From an uncultured delta proteobacterium (lineage in GTDB: Bacteria; Desulfobacterota; Binatia; UBA9968), in the NCBI GenBank assembly GCA_963771465.1, contig CAVYTU010000005.1, positions 1 to 64,000 on the forward strand: DNA of 64,000 nucleotides, written 5' to 3'. Under the pieces are notes generated by a model. That model ran no database searches, had not been told where the DNA came from, and was given only the letters and a program-made list of their open reading frames with translations. Position 1 is the first letter of the stretch. Each line of letters starts with the position of its first letter. Shown piece by piece: positions 41,131 to 50,740 of the stretch. The translations under genes and the position numbers were made by a program.

Positions 41131-43207
41131 ATGAACTACTTCGATCTATATTCGTCGTATCCCGATCACACCATCGCCGCTGCCTGGGACTCTCAGGTCA
41201 AAGAAGCAGACAAAAATCCATGGCTCAGCGAGGCACTAAAGCAATATGGCGATGAGCTGTTTGCGCGCTTTGCCGCATGTTACGCCGACCTGCGCGCCTT
41301 GCCTCGCGGCGCACGGCGCAGCCTTCAGCGACGAATTGCACGCTCCGGGAAATTGGCCGCGATCTTGCCCGAATACTTTCAGCAGGGTGGGCGACGATTA
41401 CAGCATAAGATGGCTTGGTCGCTTGCCGGTGCCGCTTTACTATTGGCACTCGGACGAGGAGTGGGAGCGGCGGCTACAATCACAGTTACGACGAGCAATC
41501 CGAACATCGCAGCCGATGGCCAGTGTTCGCTCATAGAGGCAATTGTTAACGCCAATAACGACGCCGCGACTCATGCCGACTGCCCGGCAGGCAGTGGAGC
41601 AGACACAGTTGTTCTACCGGCCAACGCCAACATGATGCTCAATACCGTGCACGGTTTTAGCGACACAGCTGCGCCTCCAGGTTTAGGTTCGGCTATTGGT
41701 CTTCCTGAGATTAGCAGTCGGATCACCATCGAAGGTAACGGCTCTACGATTGCGCGCCAAGCGGGCGCACCCGACTTCGGTCTCATAGCTGTGAAGGGTC
41801 TTTTCCCGGGCGGTACGCACGGGGATCTGACGCTTCAGAACGTGACACTAAGCGGAGGATCTCGGTTCGGGGGCGTGCAAAATAGAGGGGCGCTCACCAT
41901 TAAAAACAGCACCATCTCAGGCAATACCGGTGCGGGCGTATTTAACAATCCCGGCAGCTTGATCGTCGTCAATAGCACGATCTCAGGTAATACGAGGCGC
42001 GGGTTAGATAACTTTTACGGTAGGATCACAGTCCAAAATAGCACCATCTCAGGCAATACCGGCGGTGGTATATTTAACTACGGGTCGGGCGGCTTCTACG
42101 GCTCAGTCCTTACCCTCACGAATAGCGTGGTCACCGGCAACCAGGGGACCGCTCCGTCCGAAATTAAAAACGTGGGAAGTTACGTCTACGCTGACCACTT
42201 CAATTTGTTCGGGGCAAATGGCAACGCCGGTGTCAGCGGCTTTACACCGGGCGCTACCGATATCGTGCCTAGTGTTTCCGTAGCCCAGATCCTGGGTCCC
42301 TTACAAAACAACGAGGGTCCGACCCAGACTCACGCTCTAGTCGCCGGCAGCCCAGCCATCGATGCGGGCGACCCTGGCGGCTGCCGGGAAAATCCGCCTT
42401 TGACCGGGTGGGGCGGCATAATTCACGATCCTGCCGGCAATTCAGCGGCGCTGCTTTTAAGAGACCAGCGGGGTTTTGCCCGACCGGCTGACGGCAATCA
42501 CGACGGCACGGCCAGATGCGACATCGGTGCCTATGAAGCTAATGCCGTCATCGACAACAACGCGACTTTCGTGTTTCAGCAGTATATCGATTTTTTGGAT
42601 CGGGAGCCCGGAGCTGGGGGAGTTTCTGCCTGGGTGAGTGCGTTGGACAGCGGCTTGTCGAGGGCCGATCTTGATTGAAGCGTTCATGAATTCCGAAGAA
42701 TTCCGCTTTGAGGGAAAGTTCATTACCCAGACTTACTTAGGGATTTTGACTCGGGATGCTGATTACGCTGGATTTCGGGGTTGGTTGGGGGCCTTGCTCG
42801 TCGGGGTATCACGGGAGCAGATCGTGCAGGCGTTTTTGGACTCGGGTGAATTTCAATCCGGGTTTGGCAGCAATCTAACCAACGGGCAGTTTGTCGAGAG
42901 GATGTACAATAACATCTTGCTGCGGTCATCCGATCCCGGGGGATTTAATGCCTGGGTTGGGGCACTAAACAACGGGCAATTGACTAAGGCTCAGGTGGCG
43001 TTGGGTTTCTTGGATTCGGGAGAGTTTCAGGGGCTGTTTTTAAGTCAGAACCGAGTGGACATCTCGCTTTTGTATTTTGACATGTTGCAGCGGGACCCGG
43101 ATGCTGGAGGGTTTTCTGGTTGGGTTGGAGTATTGAGCTCAGGGGTGCCGCTCACATCCGTGATTGATGGATTTCTAAACTCCCCCGAATATCGAGCCGG
43201 GTTCTAG
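41131..43207 (+). CDS. Surface protein copy 2: extended leader + CSLREA + beta-helix + choice-of-anchor Q + DUF4214 (single frameshift ~42670)
   Basis: RBS AAGGAG; ORF 41131..42678 continues into 42638..43207; NSTISGN repeats; anchor-Q and DUF4214 motifs. Confidence 0.85.
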
Positions 43208-43344
43208 GGCGCCGACTGCCTTTTGGATGTATTCCACAATCTGCAGGGGATTTGTAAATTTGCGGCTAAGCAAGATCATGGTCAGAGGGAATAAAATGTA
43301 CCGGGAGCCTTTTCTTGATCCTACACTGGTCTTTTACGAAACCG

Positions 43345-43929
43345 TCAGCCAGTAATCTCGTATGGTATGTTCGTCGGTCCTTCGATTTGCCGGTAGAGGT
43401 TGCCTTCCATGCTGTAGCTGCCCTGTAAAACCTTTCCGGCGACGCGCTCGGAGCGTAGAATGACAGCCACCGACCGCGTCGGGCCGCCTTGTTCGGCGTG
43501 GATATCGAAGGGCGGGACGAGGTCGACTTTGCCGGCTTTGCCTTCGGTGACGCTTTCCAATTCCAATTTCGCGTAGCCTTCTTTCGAGTGGTCGTCGACG
43601 CGGCGAAATCGTTCCAGACTTTCACTGCCGTCGAGCACGCCGTAGGCGGTCCAAGCGTGGGCATGATCGTGTATGCTGCCCTTGCGTCCCGGCATACGCA
43701 CCACGCCGTTGATGGCGAAGCCACACTCCTCGTCTTCATGAAACAAAAGGTTCTTGCGGCCTTCCGTGGACGGCCACGATTGTGAAGCTTTGCGCATGGA
43801 TTCGTCTTTGACGAGTTCTTCCAAAAGCTTCTGGCCTTTCTTCATGCGCGCTTCGGTGTCGGGCAGTTCCTTCCATGCTGCGCGTAAATCCTGAATGAAT
43901 TTTTCAAATACTGGAATGTGCCTACTCAT
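43345..43929 (-). CDS. Cysteine-dioxygenase-like cupin
   Basis: SIHDH..AWTAYGVLDGSE...PPFDIH (3-His); RBS GGAG. Confidence 0.75.
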   Translation of the reverse strand: MSRHIPVFEKFIQDLRAAWKELPDTEARMKKGQKLLEELVKDESMRKASQSWPSTEGRKNLLFHEDEECGFAINGVVRMPGRKGSIHDHAHAWTAYGVLDGSESLERFRRVDDHSKEGYAKLELESVTEGKAGKVDLVPPFDIHAEQGGPTRSVAVILRSERVAGKVLQGSYSMEGNLYRQIEGPTNIPYEITG

Positions 43930-43970
43930 CGTCGTCGCTCCCTAATGTTTCGAATGATCGGAACACTGCA

Positions 43971-44414
43971 TCACGACTCTTGCCGTGCCCGAGCTTTTTT
44001 CTCTTCCGGCGCTTTGATTTTGTCCAGTTGCTTTAGCGCAAAGTCAACCTGGCCGACTTCTTTGTTGGTAGCGCTGAAACGCGGATTGCCCGCCGGTTCG
44101 GCGCGCGCGCCGAGCAGGATCATGTATTGGTTGCCGGTGTTGTCGAGTTGATAAAGCTGGCCGGCTGGGATGGTGACGAGCATCCCGGGGTCGAGCGCGC
44201 GCGACGGCGCGTCGGGAAAGTGAAACGTGCACTGGCCTTGGACGCAGTAGAACTGCTGATCGGCGGTGTGTTTGTGCATGGGTCCTTTGGTCCCCGGATA
44301 ATCTCCATGCACCCAGGTATGAAATTGATCCGAGGTGAACAGCACTTTTTTGCTGTGGCCGATGTCAAGCTCGGGCTCCTGCAAGATATTGATGAATTCC
44401 GCTTTGTTCGCCAT
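43971..44414 (-). CDS. Cupin domain protein
   Basis: PMHKHTADQQFYCVQG, IPAGQLY. Confidence 0.8.
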   Translation of the reverse strand: MANKAEFINILQEPELDIGHSKKVLFTSDQFHTWVHGDYPGTKGPMHKHTADQQFYCVQGQCTFHFPDAPSRALDPGMLVTIPAGQLYQLDNTGNQYMILLGARAEPAGNPRFSATNKEVGQVDFALKQLDKIKAPEEKKARARQES

Positions 44415-44458
44415 GTCTATGCTCCTTTCTTGGATCGAGTAGAGTTATTTTTCACAAA

Positions 44459-45994
44459 TCATTGCGCCGCGGCGCGTGCTGCTTGCAGTGTCGCGCTATC
44501 GCCGTGAATGCCGACGATAGTGCTCACATCTAGGTTGAGTTTGTCCAGCGCGGCGACGAATTCCTTGACCGCCGGCGCAGCGCGAACCTGTCCGTTGCGC
44601 GGGCTGATGTGATCGGCTTCGATCAAAAGCTTTTCCGCCGGCAGGTAAATCACGACGAGGTCTGCGGCATGGGAAGTCGGCATGGGGTAGACTTCAATGC
44701 GCCGGCTGCTATCTGTCAAAATCCGCGGGCCGCCGGCGAAGGATTCGATGACGACGCCACCTTTGTGTTGTGCCAAACTGTCCGGCCTTCGGCTATGGGG
44801 CGCTTTGGCAACCAAAGCATAAAAATCTTTCGCGACAAACGGCGTGATAATGGTGGCGCCGGTGGCCATGAACGCGCGAATGCCGCCGGAGTGGTCGAGA
44901 TGATGATGGGTCGAGACCACGTAGCGGATCGGTTTGTTGGGAAATTTTTCTTTGATCGATTTGACTACCGGCGCGGTGCGCTCTTCATACAGCGGACCTT
45001 CGATGGCGACCAGATGATCGCTCATCTCGACGAGGATGGTTGCGTGGGAACTGCCGCCAATTTTGTGCACACCGTCGGCTAAGCGCAGCCACTCGATATT
45101 TGCCGGACGACCCATATCTTGGTAGCTCACGTTGCCCGCCACGCGCCGCATGATCCATTGGGACGCGATCGGCGTGGCGTCGGGTTTCTGGTTGCGGATG
45201 GATTCGGGGATGGCGAAGACTTCTGCGCCAACAGCAACATTGTTGCGTACCGAGTTGATCTGCTCCTCTTGCAATAGGCGGCCATTGAGTTCCAAGCGTA
45301 AGCTGAAAGGCATCATGACATTGTCGGTCTTGCGCCAGTCGGCAAAGCGCAGCAGATAACTGCTATCGCCCTCCAAGGGGTCGTCTTCGAGAATGTCGAC
45401 CTGAGCCGGTAATCGGGTCTTCGGGTCGAGATACAGTCGGAACTCGTCGCCAGCTTCGCTAAAGGCGACCACGTGATACAGAGTGCCGTTGAGTTCCGCA
45501 TCGGCGAGGCGACGCAGTGTTTTGTTGGCGACGGCAAGGCGAATGAGTTGCACGGGCGAGCGCTTCTCTTCACGCATACGGGTGGCCAAGCGGCCGGGGT
45601 GAAGGCGGCTTGGCTTGGCGTTTTTGGCGTCGCCTTCTAGGAGTAAGCCGACCGAACCATCGATTACCTCGACGAAACGGATATTCTCATTGCGCGACGA
45701 AGTGCGCGCGTCCCAATCGAGCCGCAAGCGCGGCTGATTGAGATCACGGGTCAACGTGTAACGAAAAGTGTTGATCTGGCGCTGCGGTCCCAACTGGGCA
45801 ATCGGCGCCGAATTGAACTGCTTGCCTTCGCTCTCGACAACTTGATTGTTAACGGCGCGCAATGCCGCCATGCCGCCCATTGCCTCGGCGGCTTGATCGA
45901 CCAACGCACTGGCGCTTTGCGCATTTGCCGAGCCGATATCAAAGGCCGCCAGCGTGAGGGCGAGCAGCCCACGATGGAAAACGGTGCGGTTCAT
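44459..45994 (-). CDS. Secreted MBL-fold metallo-hydrolase
   Basis: Signal peptide; STHHHLDHSGG, HAAD, EAD, IHG. Confidence 0.85.
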   Translation of the reverse strand: MNRTVFHRGLLALTLAAFDIGSANAQSASALVDQAAEAMGGMAALRAVNNQVVESEGKQFNSAPIAQLGPQRQINTFRYTLTRDLNQPRLRLDWDARTSSRNENIRFVEVIDGSVGLLLEGDAKNAKPSRLHPGRLATRMREEKRSPVQLIRLAVANKTLRRLADAELNGTLYHVVAFSEAGDEFRLYLDPKTRLPAQVDILEDDPLEGDSSYLLRFADWRKTDNVMMPFSLRLELNGRLLQEEQINSVRNNVAVGAEVFAIPESIRNQKPDATPIASQWIMRRVAGNVSYQDMGRPANIEWLRLADGVHKIGGSSHATILVEMSDHLVAIEGPLYEERTAPVVKSIKEKFPNKPIRYVVSTHHHLDHSGGIRAFMATGATIITPFVAKDFYALVAKAPHSRRPDSLAQHKGGVVIESFAGGPRILTDSSRRIEVYPMPTSHAADLVVIYLPAEKLLIEADHISPRNGQVRAAPAVKEFVAALDKLNLDVSTIVGIHGDSATLQAARAAAQ

Positions 45995-46021
45995 GTTTTC
46001 CTCCCAGAACGGTTTTGAAGT

Positions 46022-46876
46022 TTAACGCAGATGCTCGAGTTTGCGCCGTGAAATTTCTTCCACCTTCAGTTCGGAAGCAAAATTGTAGAGCGATGTCTCC
46101 CACGATCCATACATCGGATTGGGCAGCATAAACCATTTGGTGCCCCAACTATTATGTTTCTTAGCTGCGAGCACGCGCGCGTGCGGCGCGGTTCGATATT
46201 CCGAGATGAAGTCGCCCAGATCATCGCCAAATAGCATGAGCACGCGAAAACTTTGGGCGATAAACTGGCGCCGGCTGCCTTTGTCGACACCCCAATCTGG
46301 CTGTTCGTTGGCGCTGAGCACGGTGTCGATGTTCGTTGGCAAGGCGATGCCAACGCCGGCGAGTTGGAGGCGCGTGACCGGTTCAGTGGCGTGATCACGA
46401 TTGGTCACGAAGAAGACTGAAACGCCGCGCGACTGCGCCAAGGAAATAAATTCCAAGGCGCCGGGAACCGCAGGCGGCTGGTTTTGATTTAACCAATTGC
46501 GCCACACGGGGCTGGCAAAGCGCGCGCCGTTTTTTACCAGGTGACTTTGAAAGCGGCCGGTGTCGAGGACGGTTTCATCGATGTCCATGATTACGGCCGG
46601 CGGCAGAGTTTGAGAATTCACTGATTGCGCGGGGAGGGCGCTCCACTGGCGGTCGGCGAGGGCGCGCTCCAAATGCACCGCCGCCGAAGCGTAAATCGTT
46701 TGGGCGAGGACGTGGTATTCCGCCGATGTGGTTTGCCATAGAATCGCATCGAGCCGATCGTCCGTTCCCCGGTTGAGGGCGCCTGGCGAATCAGCCAGCG
46801 GCGCGCTGCATCCTGCGCTCAGTAGCGCGAAACCGAGCGCCCACAGGGTGTTTTGAAATAAAATAGTTTTCTGCAA
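46022..46876 (-). CDS. Class C acid phosphatase / 5'-nucleotidase lipoprotein e(P4) family
   Basis: Lipobox SAGC; MDIDETVLD, VTNR, FGDDLGDF, LPNPMYGSWE. Confidence 0.9.
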   Translation of the reverse strand: MQKTILFQNTLWALGFALLSAGCSAPLADSPGALNRGTDDRLDAILWQTTSAEYHVLAQTIYASAAVHLERALADRQWSALPAQSVNSQTLPPAVIMDIDETVLDTGRFQSHLVKNGARFASPVWRNWLNQNQPPAVPGALEFISLAQSRGVSVFFVTNRDHATEPVTRLQLAGVGIALPTNIDTVLSANEQPDWGVDKGSRRQFIAQSFRVLMLFGDDLGDFISEYRTAPHARVLAAKKHNSWGTKWFMLPNPMYGSWETSLYNFASELKVEEISRRKLEHLR

Positions 46877-47011
46877 ATCGGTGTCCTTTGCTCGGCGATG
46901 CTACGCTTCCATAGGTTGCGATGCGCCGTTCGATCTGTGAAATAATTTTGTCGCAAATTATGGCAAATTATATGGATAGCTTTATCCTAAGAGCGTGTGT
47001 TTAGCACAATC

Positions 47012-47506
47012 TTAGGGTCTGGTACTAACGGGATTTTTGAACGATTGCTTCTCGCTGGTGGGAGAAAAAAATCTGCCGACGGCGCCGCTGTCGAGGGTCA
47101 AGACTTTGTAATCGCCGTTGCCGTCCGCTTTCATCGTCGCGCGATACTGGAATTGATCTTCGGAGTTTTGTCCGACGAGATAGATCCAGATCGCATTCTC
47201 ACCGGGCATGGGCTGATACTCCTTGGCAGTAACTCGCGCTGGATAGCCGCGCGGATGGAGCCGAGTGATGGTTTCTTCGAGCTTGTCTCGTGAGACGTGG
47301 CGCTTACCTCCGGCGTCGAGCAACTCGTAGCCCTTGGAAAAGTTTTTTTCGATCAAGACCGCCTGAACAAACTCAATGGCGCGTCGGCCGGCAAGATCCT
47401 CATCATGCTTGACTGACTCGGAGCAGCTCACTGCCAGCGCGCCGAGCGCAACTAAGAGCGCAGATGATCGAACGAGCGTATAAAGCTTCGCTCCGGCGTG
47501 TTTCAT
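47012..47506 (-). CDS. Hypothetical lipoprotein
   Basis: LAVS-C lipobox after a hydrophobic stretch; start ATG 47506. Confidence 0.6.
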   Translation of the reverse strand: MKHAGAKLYTLVRSSALLVALGALAVSCSESVKHDEDLAGRRAIEFVQAVLIEKNFSKGYELLDAGGKRHVSRDKLEETITRLHPRGYPARVTAKEYQPMPGENAIWIYLVGQNSEDQFQYRATMKADGNGDYKVLTLDSGAVGRFFSPTSEKQSFKNPVSTRP

Positions 47507-47665
47507 GCTCTTTGCTCCATTTTCTTCGCGACAATGGCGGGAACGATCGTTACCTGTGATGATCTCGCCACAGGCCTGGACAACTCTGTCGCAGCCAGCC
47601 TGCTCAAGCTTTACCACGGCGTAACCTGGATTTCATTAATCGAACACCTCACGCCATTTTTTTTG

Positions 47666-47681
47666 CGGCATGTCACTTGCT
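47666..47681 (+). promoter_or_regulatory. sigma54 -24/-12 promoter
   Basis: CGGCAT-GTCAC-TTGCT upstream of RBS GGAGG and GTG 47719. Confidence 0.6.
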
Positions 47682-47718
47682 GGATTGCTTGCCGAGAAAA
47701 CTTGCTGGGAGGTGAGTC

Positions 47719-48579
47719 GTGCGCAAATCTGTCTTGGTTTTTCCACTCTGCGTCGTTTTGGCATCGGGTTGTGCTCTGTTTGACCGTCCTGAGGCGGAGG
47801 ATCAGAAAAAAGAACTCGCACCGGCGAACGGTGAAAGTGGCACAATGGTGCCCGTGACTGCCAGTGAAGTACCAACGGTAGAACTCGCGCCGCCGGCCGC
47901 ATCGCGCCGCTGGAGCCAAGATGATATTCGCCGCATGCAAACGCGCCTGCGCGAAGTCGGGCTTGATCCTGGACCGGCCGACGGCGTTGCCGGCGCTCGA
48001 ACCAAAACCGCCTTGCAAAAATTTCACTCCGGTTGCGGCCAAGTTCAGCCGTTGCTCGACAATTTAGAAAATGGCGCCGTGACAAAAACAGTCGCCACTC
48101 AAACTCCTAGCCGTCAAGAAACTGTGGCGATTCAGACCCAGCTGCGTCAAGCGGGATTTAATCCAGGGCGGGTCGATGGCGTGTTCGGCGCCAAAACGAA
48201 AGCGGTTTTGGTCGAACTTCAACTCGGTTGTCCGATGGCGAAGGATTTCGCTCAGTTCTTGGTGCGGCCGGCGGGGACTGCTCAATCGACAGTTGTGGCG
48301 CAAGTTGCCGAGCGCGCGAATCTTGTTAGTGCGCCGGTAAACAGTTCGGCGCGCGCTCGCGTCGATGCGGTCAAGCCATCGATCACGCCAGTGGCGGCCC
48401 ATTCTCAAGAGGAGATTCGAATCCTGCAACTGCGCTTGCGCGACGCCGGCTTCGATCCTGGCCCGTTCGACGGCGTAATGGGGCCGAAGACCCAGCTGGC
48501 GCTGCAACAGCTCCAAGCAAGCCAGCGTACGGGTAAAACCAAAACCGCTCTGACCGTGGGACTTAACGGCAAGTATTAG
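47719..48579 (+). CDS. Lipoprotein with three peptidoglycan-binding (PG_binding_1) repeats
   Basis: LASG-C lipobox; three Q..L...G.DPG..DG..G.KT repeats. Confidence 0.85.
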   Translation: MRKSVLVFPLCVVLASGCALFDRPEAEDQKKELAPANGESGTMVPVTASEVPTVELAPPAASRRWSQDDIRRMQTRLREVGLDPGPADGVAGARTKTALQKFHSGCGQVQPLLDNLENGAVTKTVATQTPSRQETVAIQTQLRQAGFNPGRVDGVFGAKTKAVLVELQLGCPMAKDFAQFLVRPAGTAQSTVVAQVAERANLVSAPVNSSARARVDAVKPSITPVAAHSQEEIRILQLRLRDAGFDPGPFDGVMGPKTQLALQQLQASQRTGKTKTALTVGLNGKY

Positions 48580-48600
48580 ATCTCTCCCATACGCCAAAAT

Positions 48601-48644
48601 AAAAGGCGGGCTCGGTTTGCGTTGCAACCGAGCCCGCCTTTTTT
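48601..48644. terminator. Bidirectional intrinsic terminator
   Basis: AAAAGGCGGGCTCGGTT-N8-AACCGAGCCCGCCTTTT(TT) between convergent genes. Confidence 0.9.
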
Positions 48645-48670
48645 GCGCCAACGAAAAATGTTTTGCTAGA

Positions 48671-49009
48671 CTAATATTCGAACTGGCGTGAGCGCTGGAT
48701 TTGTTGGTTGTTGCGATTGATGGTTTGTTGGTTTTGTTGGATCTGTTGCTGATTCGATTGCTGCTGCTCTTGCCCCTGCATGTAGTCGCCGACCAGCGCG
48801 CCGGCACCCAAACCCACCGCGCCGCCGATCGCCGCGCCCGTACCCGGCCGGCCCACCGCTGCGCCAATCAATCCACCGGCGGCGGCTCCACCCAACGCGC
48901 CGATACCTGCGCCCTTTTCCCGTGTGGTCATCGGTCCACCTGAGCAGCCCGCTAACAGAGTGCCCGCAAGACCTAACGCGAACAGGTTTGCCGAGATCAA
49001 TTTGGCCAT
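48671..49009 (-). CDS. Glycine-zipper lipoprotein
   Basis: LLAG-C lipobox; GAGIGALGGAAAGGLIG...GAAIGGAVG; Gln-rich tail; RBS GAGGAGG. Confidence 0.85.
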   Translation of the reverse strand: MAKLISANLFALGLAGTLLAGCSGGPMTTREKGAGIGALGGAAAGGLIGAAVGRPGTGAAIGGAVGLGAGALVGDYMQGQEQQQSNQQQIQQNQQTINRNNQQIQRSRQFEY

Positions 49010-49063
49010 TTGTAGCCTCCCTCGCTTATCGAACTGATGCAACTTTTCACTATGACTACGGCG

Positions 49064-49079
49064 AGCAATGGTTGTGCCA
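49064..49079 (-). promoter_or_regulatory. sigma54 -24/-12 promoter
   Basis: Minus strand TGGCAC-AACCA-TTGCT. Confidence 0.75.
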
Positions 49080-49203
49080 TTCACGACGACCTCAACGACT
49101 AACCAATTATACCCGAAACGGCTGCAAAAGGTTGTAAAGAATTTTTGTCTGCAAGCACATGACGGCCCAATTCTGCGATGTGAATCGACAAAGTTGTCGG
49201 TTG

Positions 49204-49524
49204 CTAGTGACCTCTGGCAATTTTCTCGACATCCGCGATGGACGGGCCGTCCAGGCGAAAGGCGCGATGGGCGCGCCATTCTAAAACTTCCATCTTGCGG
49301 ATGCCGCGGGCGTGATGCGGATCGCTGGCCGCGATCGACTTAGCCTCGTCGAGGTTCGCCGCCAACATGACATAAATGCCGTAGCTGCCGTCGGTGGTCG
49401 GCCCGGAAAAAAGCAGACACCCGGCTTGGTGTTGATCGTCGAGCCATTGGCGGTGTTCTTCATAGTTGCGTTGTTTGTCCTGTTCCTTTTCCGGCAGCGA
49501 GCGCGACATGACTAGATACCACAT
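49204..49524 (-). CDS. YciI family protein
   Basis: EHRQWL...LLFSGP...DPH; RBS AGGAG. Confidence 0.8.
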   Translation of the reverse strand: MWYLVMSRSLPEKEQDKQRNYEEHRQWLDDQHQAGCLLFSGPTTDGSYGIYVMLAANLDEAKSIAASDPHHARGIRKMEVLEWRAHRAFRLDGPSIADVEKIARGH

Positions 49525-49644
49525 GGCGGTTTCTCCTTTTCTGCGTTTTGCTTTTCTGGCAGCAGCCTACCCGGCGCGGGCGGCGATTTCCACTTGCGTA
49601 TCCGTTTGGCCGAAGATAAAAGTCGGGGCAAAGGAGAAACAAAA

Positions 49645-50649
49645 ATGATTATCGATGTGCATGGCCATGTATCAGCGCCGACCGAACTTTGGTCGTACAA
49701 AGCCAACATACTTTCCGCGCGCGGCTCGCACGGCCGCGGTGGAGTGAACGTTTCCGACGATGAAATCCGCGCGGCGGCGAATCGCAAGGAAAACTGGGCC
49801 AAGGGTCATCTCGACTATCTCAAAGATCACGGCACCGATCTGCAATTGATCTCACCGCGGCCGTTTCAGCTCATGCAGTCGGAAAAGCCGGCCAAACTGG
49901 TGCACTGGTTTGCCGAGGAGTGCAACAACATCATCGCGCGCCAGATGAAACTATTTCCCGAGACTTTTCTCGGTGTCTGTGCTTTACCGCAGACGGCCGG
50001 CGATCCGATTCAAAACGCGCTGCCGGAGCTCGAACGCTGCGTGAAGTCGGGCTTTGTCGGTTGTCTCTTGAATCCCGATCCCTACGAAAACGGCGGTCAG
50101 GAAGCGCCGGCCTTGGGCGACCGCTACTGGTATCCACTTTACGAAAAACTTTGCGAACTGGACGTCCCGGCGCATATCCATGGCACCGGTTCTCGCTCGG
50201 AGCGCAGTCCTTATTCCGTCCACTTCATCAATGAAGAAACCATCGCGGTTTTTGGCTTGGTGAATTCCACGGTGTTGCAAGATTTCCCCAAGCTGAAAAT
50301 TATTGTCAGCCACGGCGGCGGCGCGATCCCGTATCAACTTGGCCGCTTCGAAGCGCCGTCCTTGCGGCGCGGCACCGGCGCGCGTTTTTCTGACGCACTG
50401 CGCAAGCTTTACTTCGACACGGTTCTCTATACCGAGGACGCACTGCGGTTGTTGATCAAGACCGTGGGCGTCGACCGTTGCTTGTTCGGCACCGAATGCC
50501 CCGGTACCGGCTCTTCCATCGATCCCGCCACTGGCCGGTCGATGGACAACGTCAAGCCGATGGTGGAGAACCTCGATGGCCTGAGCGCGGCGGATAAACA
50601 GAAAATCTTCTGCGACAATGCTAAAGCCGTGTTTAATCTCAAGGTCTGA
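49645..50649 (+). CDS. Amidohydrolase_2, LigJ (4-oxalomesaconate hydratase)-like
   Basis: MIIDVHGH, QLISPRP, NPDP, HGGGAIPY, FGTECPG. Confidence 0.8.
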   Translation: MIIDVHGHVSAPTELWSYKANILSARGSHGRGGVNVSDDEIRAAANRKENWAKGHLDYLKDHGTDLQLISPRPFQLMQSEKPAKLVHWFAEECNNIIARQMKLFPETFLGVCALPQTAGDPIQNALPELERCVKSGFVGCLLNPDPYENGGQEAPALGDRYWYPLYEKLCELDVPAHIHGTGSRSERSPYSVHFINEETIAVFGLVNSTVLQDFPKLKIIVSHGGGAIPYQLGRFEAPSLRRGTGARFSDALRKLYFDTVLYTEDALRLLIKTVGVDRCLFGTECPGTGSSIDPATGRSMDNVKPMVENLDGLSAADKQKIFCDNAKAVFNLKV

Positions 50650-50659
50650 AAGCTGGGGA

Positions 50660-50703
50660 GTTCAAGCGGTTCAAAACGTTCAAATCGTTCAAAGGGTTCG
50701 AAC
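50660..50703 (+). repeat. 9-bp tandem repeat GTTCAAnnn x5
   Basis: gttcaagcg gttcaaaac gttcaaatc gttcaaagg gttcgaac. Confidence 0.8.
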
Positions 50704-50740
50704 AAAGTATCAAAGCTGAGCCGTTAAAGAGATTAAAGGT

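Larger units (their letters stand above)
39679..43285 (+). repeat. Copy 2 of ~3.6-kb tandem duplicated module
   Basis: Same order and conserved sequence as 35338-38954. Confidence 0.85.

Noticed and set aside
35338-43285. Diversity-generating retroelement (TR/VR pair) explaining the duplication
   Set aside because: No reverse transcriptase is present, differences are not adenine-specific, and the repeat covers whole genes
50660-50703. CRISPR array
   Set aside because: Units are 9 bp with no unique spacers, and no cas genes are in the window
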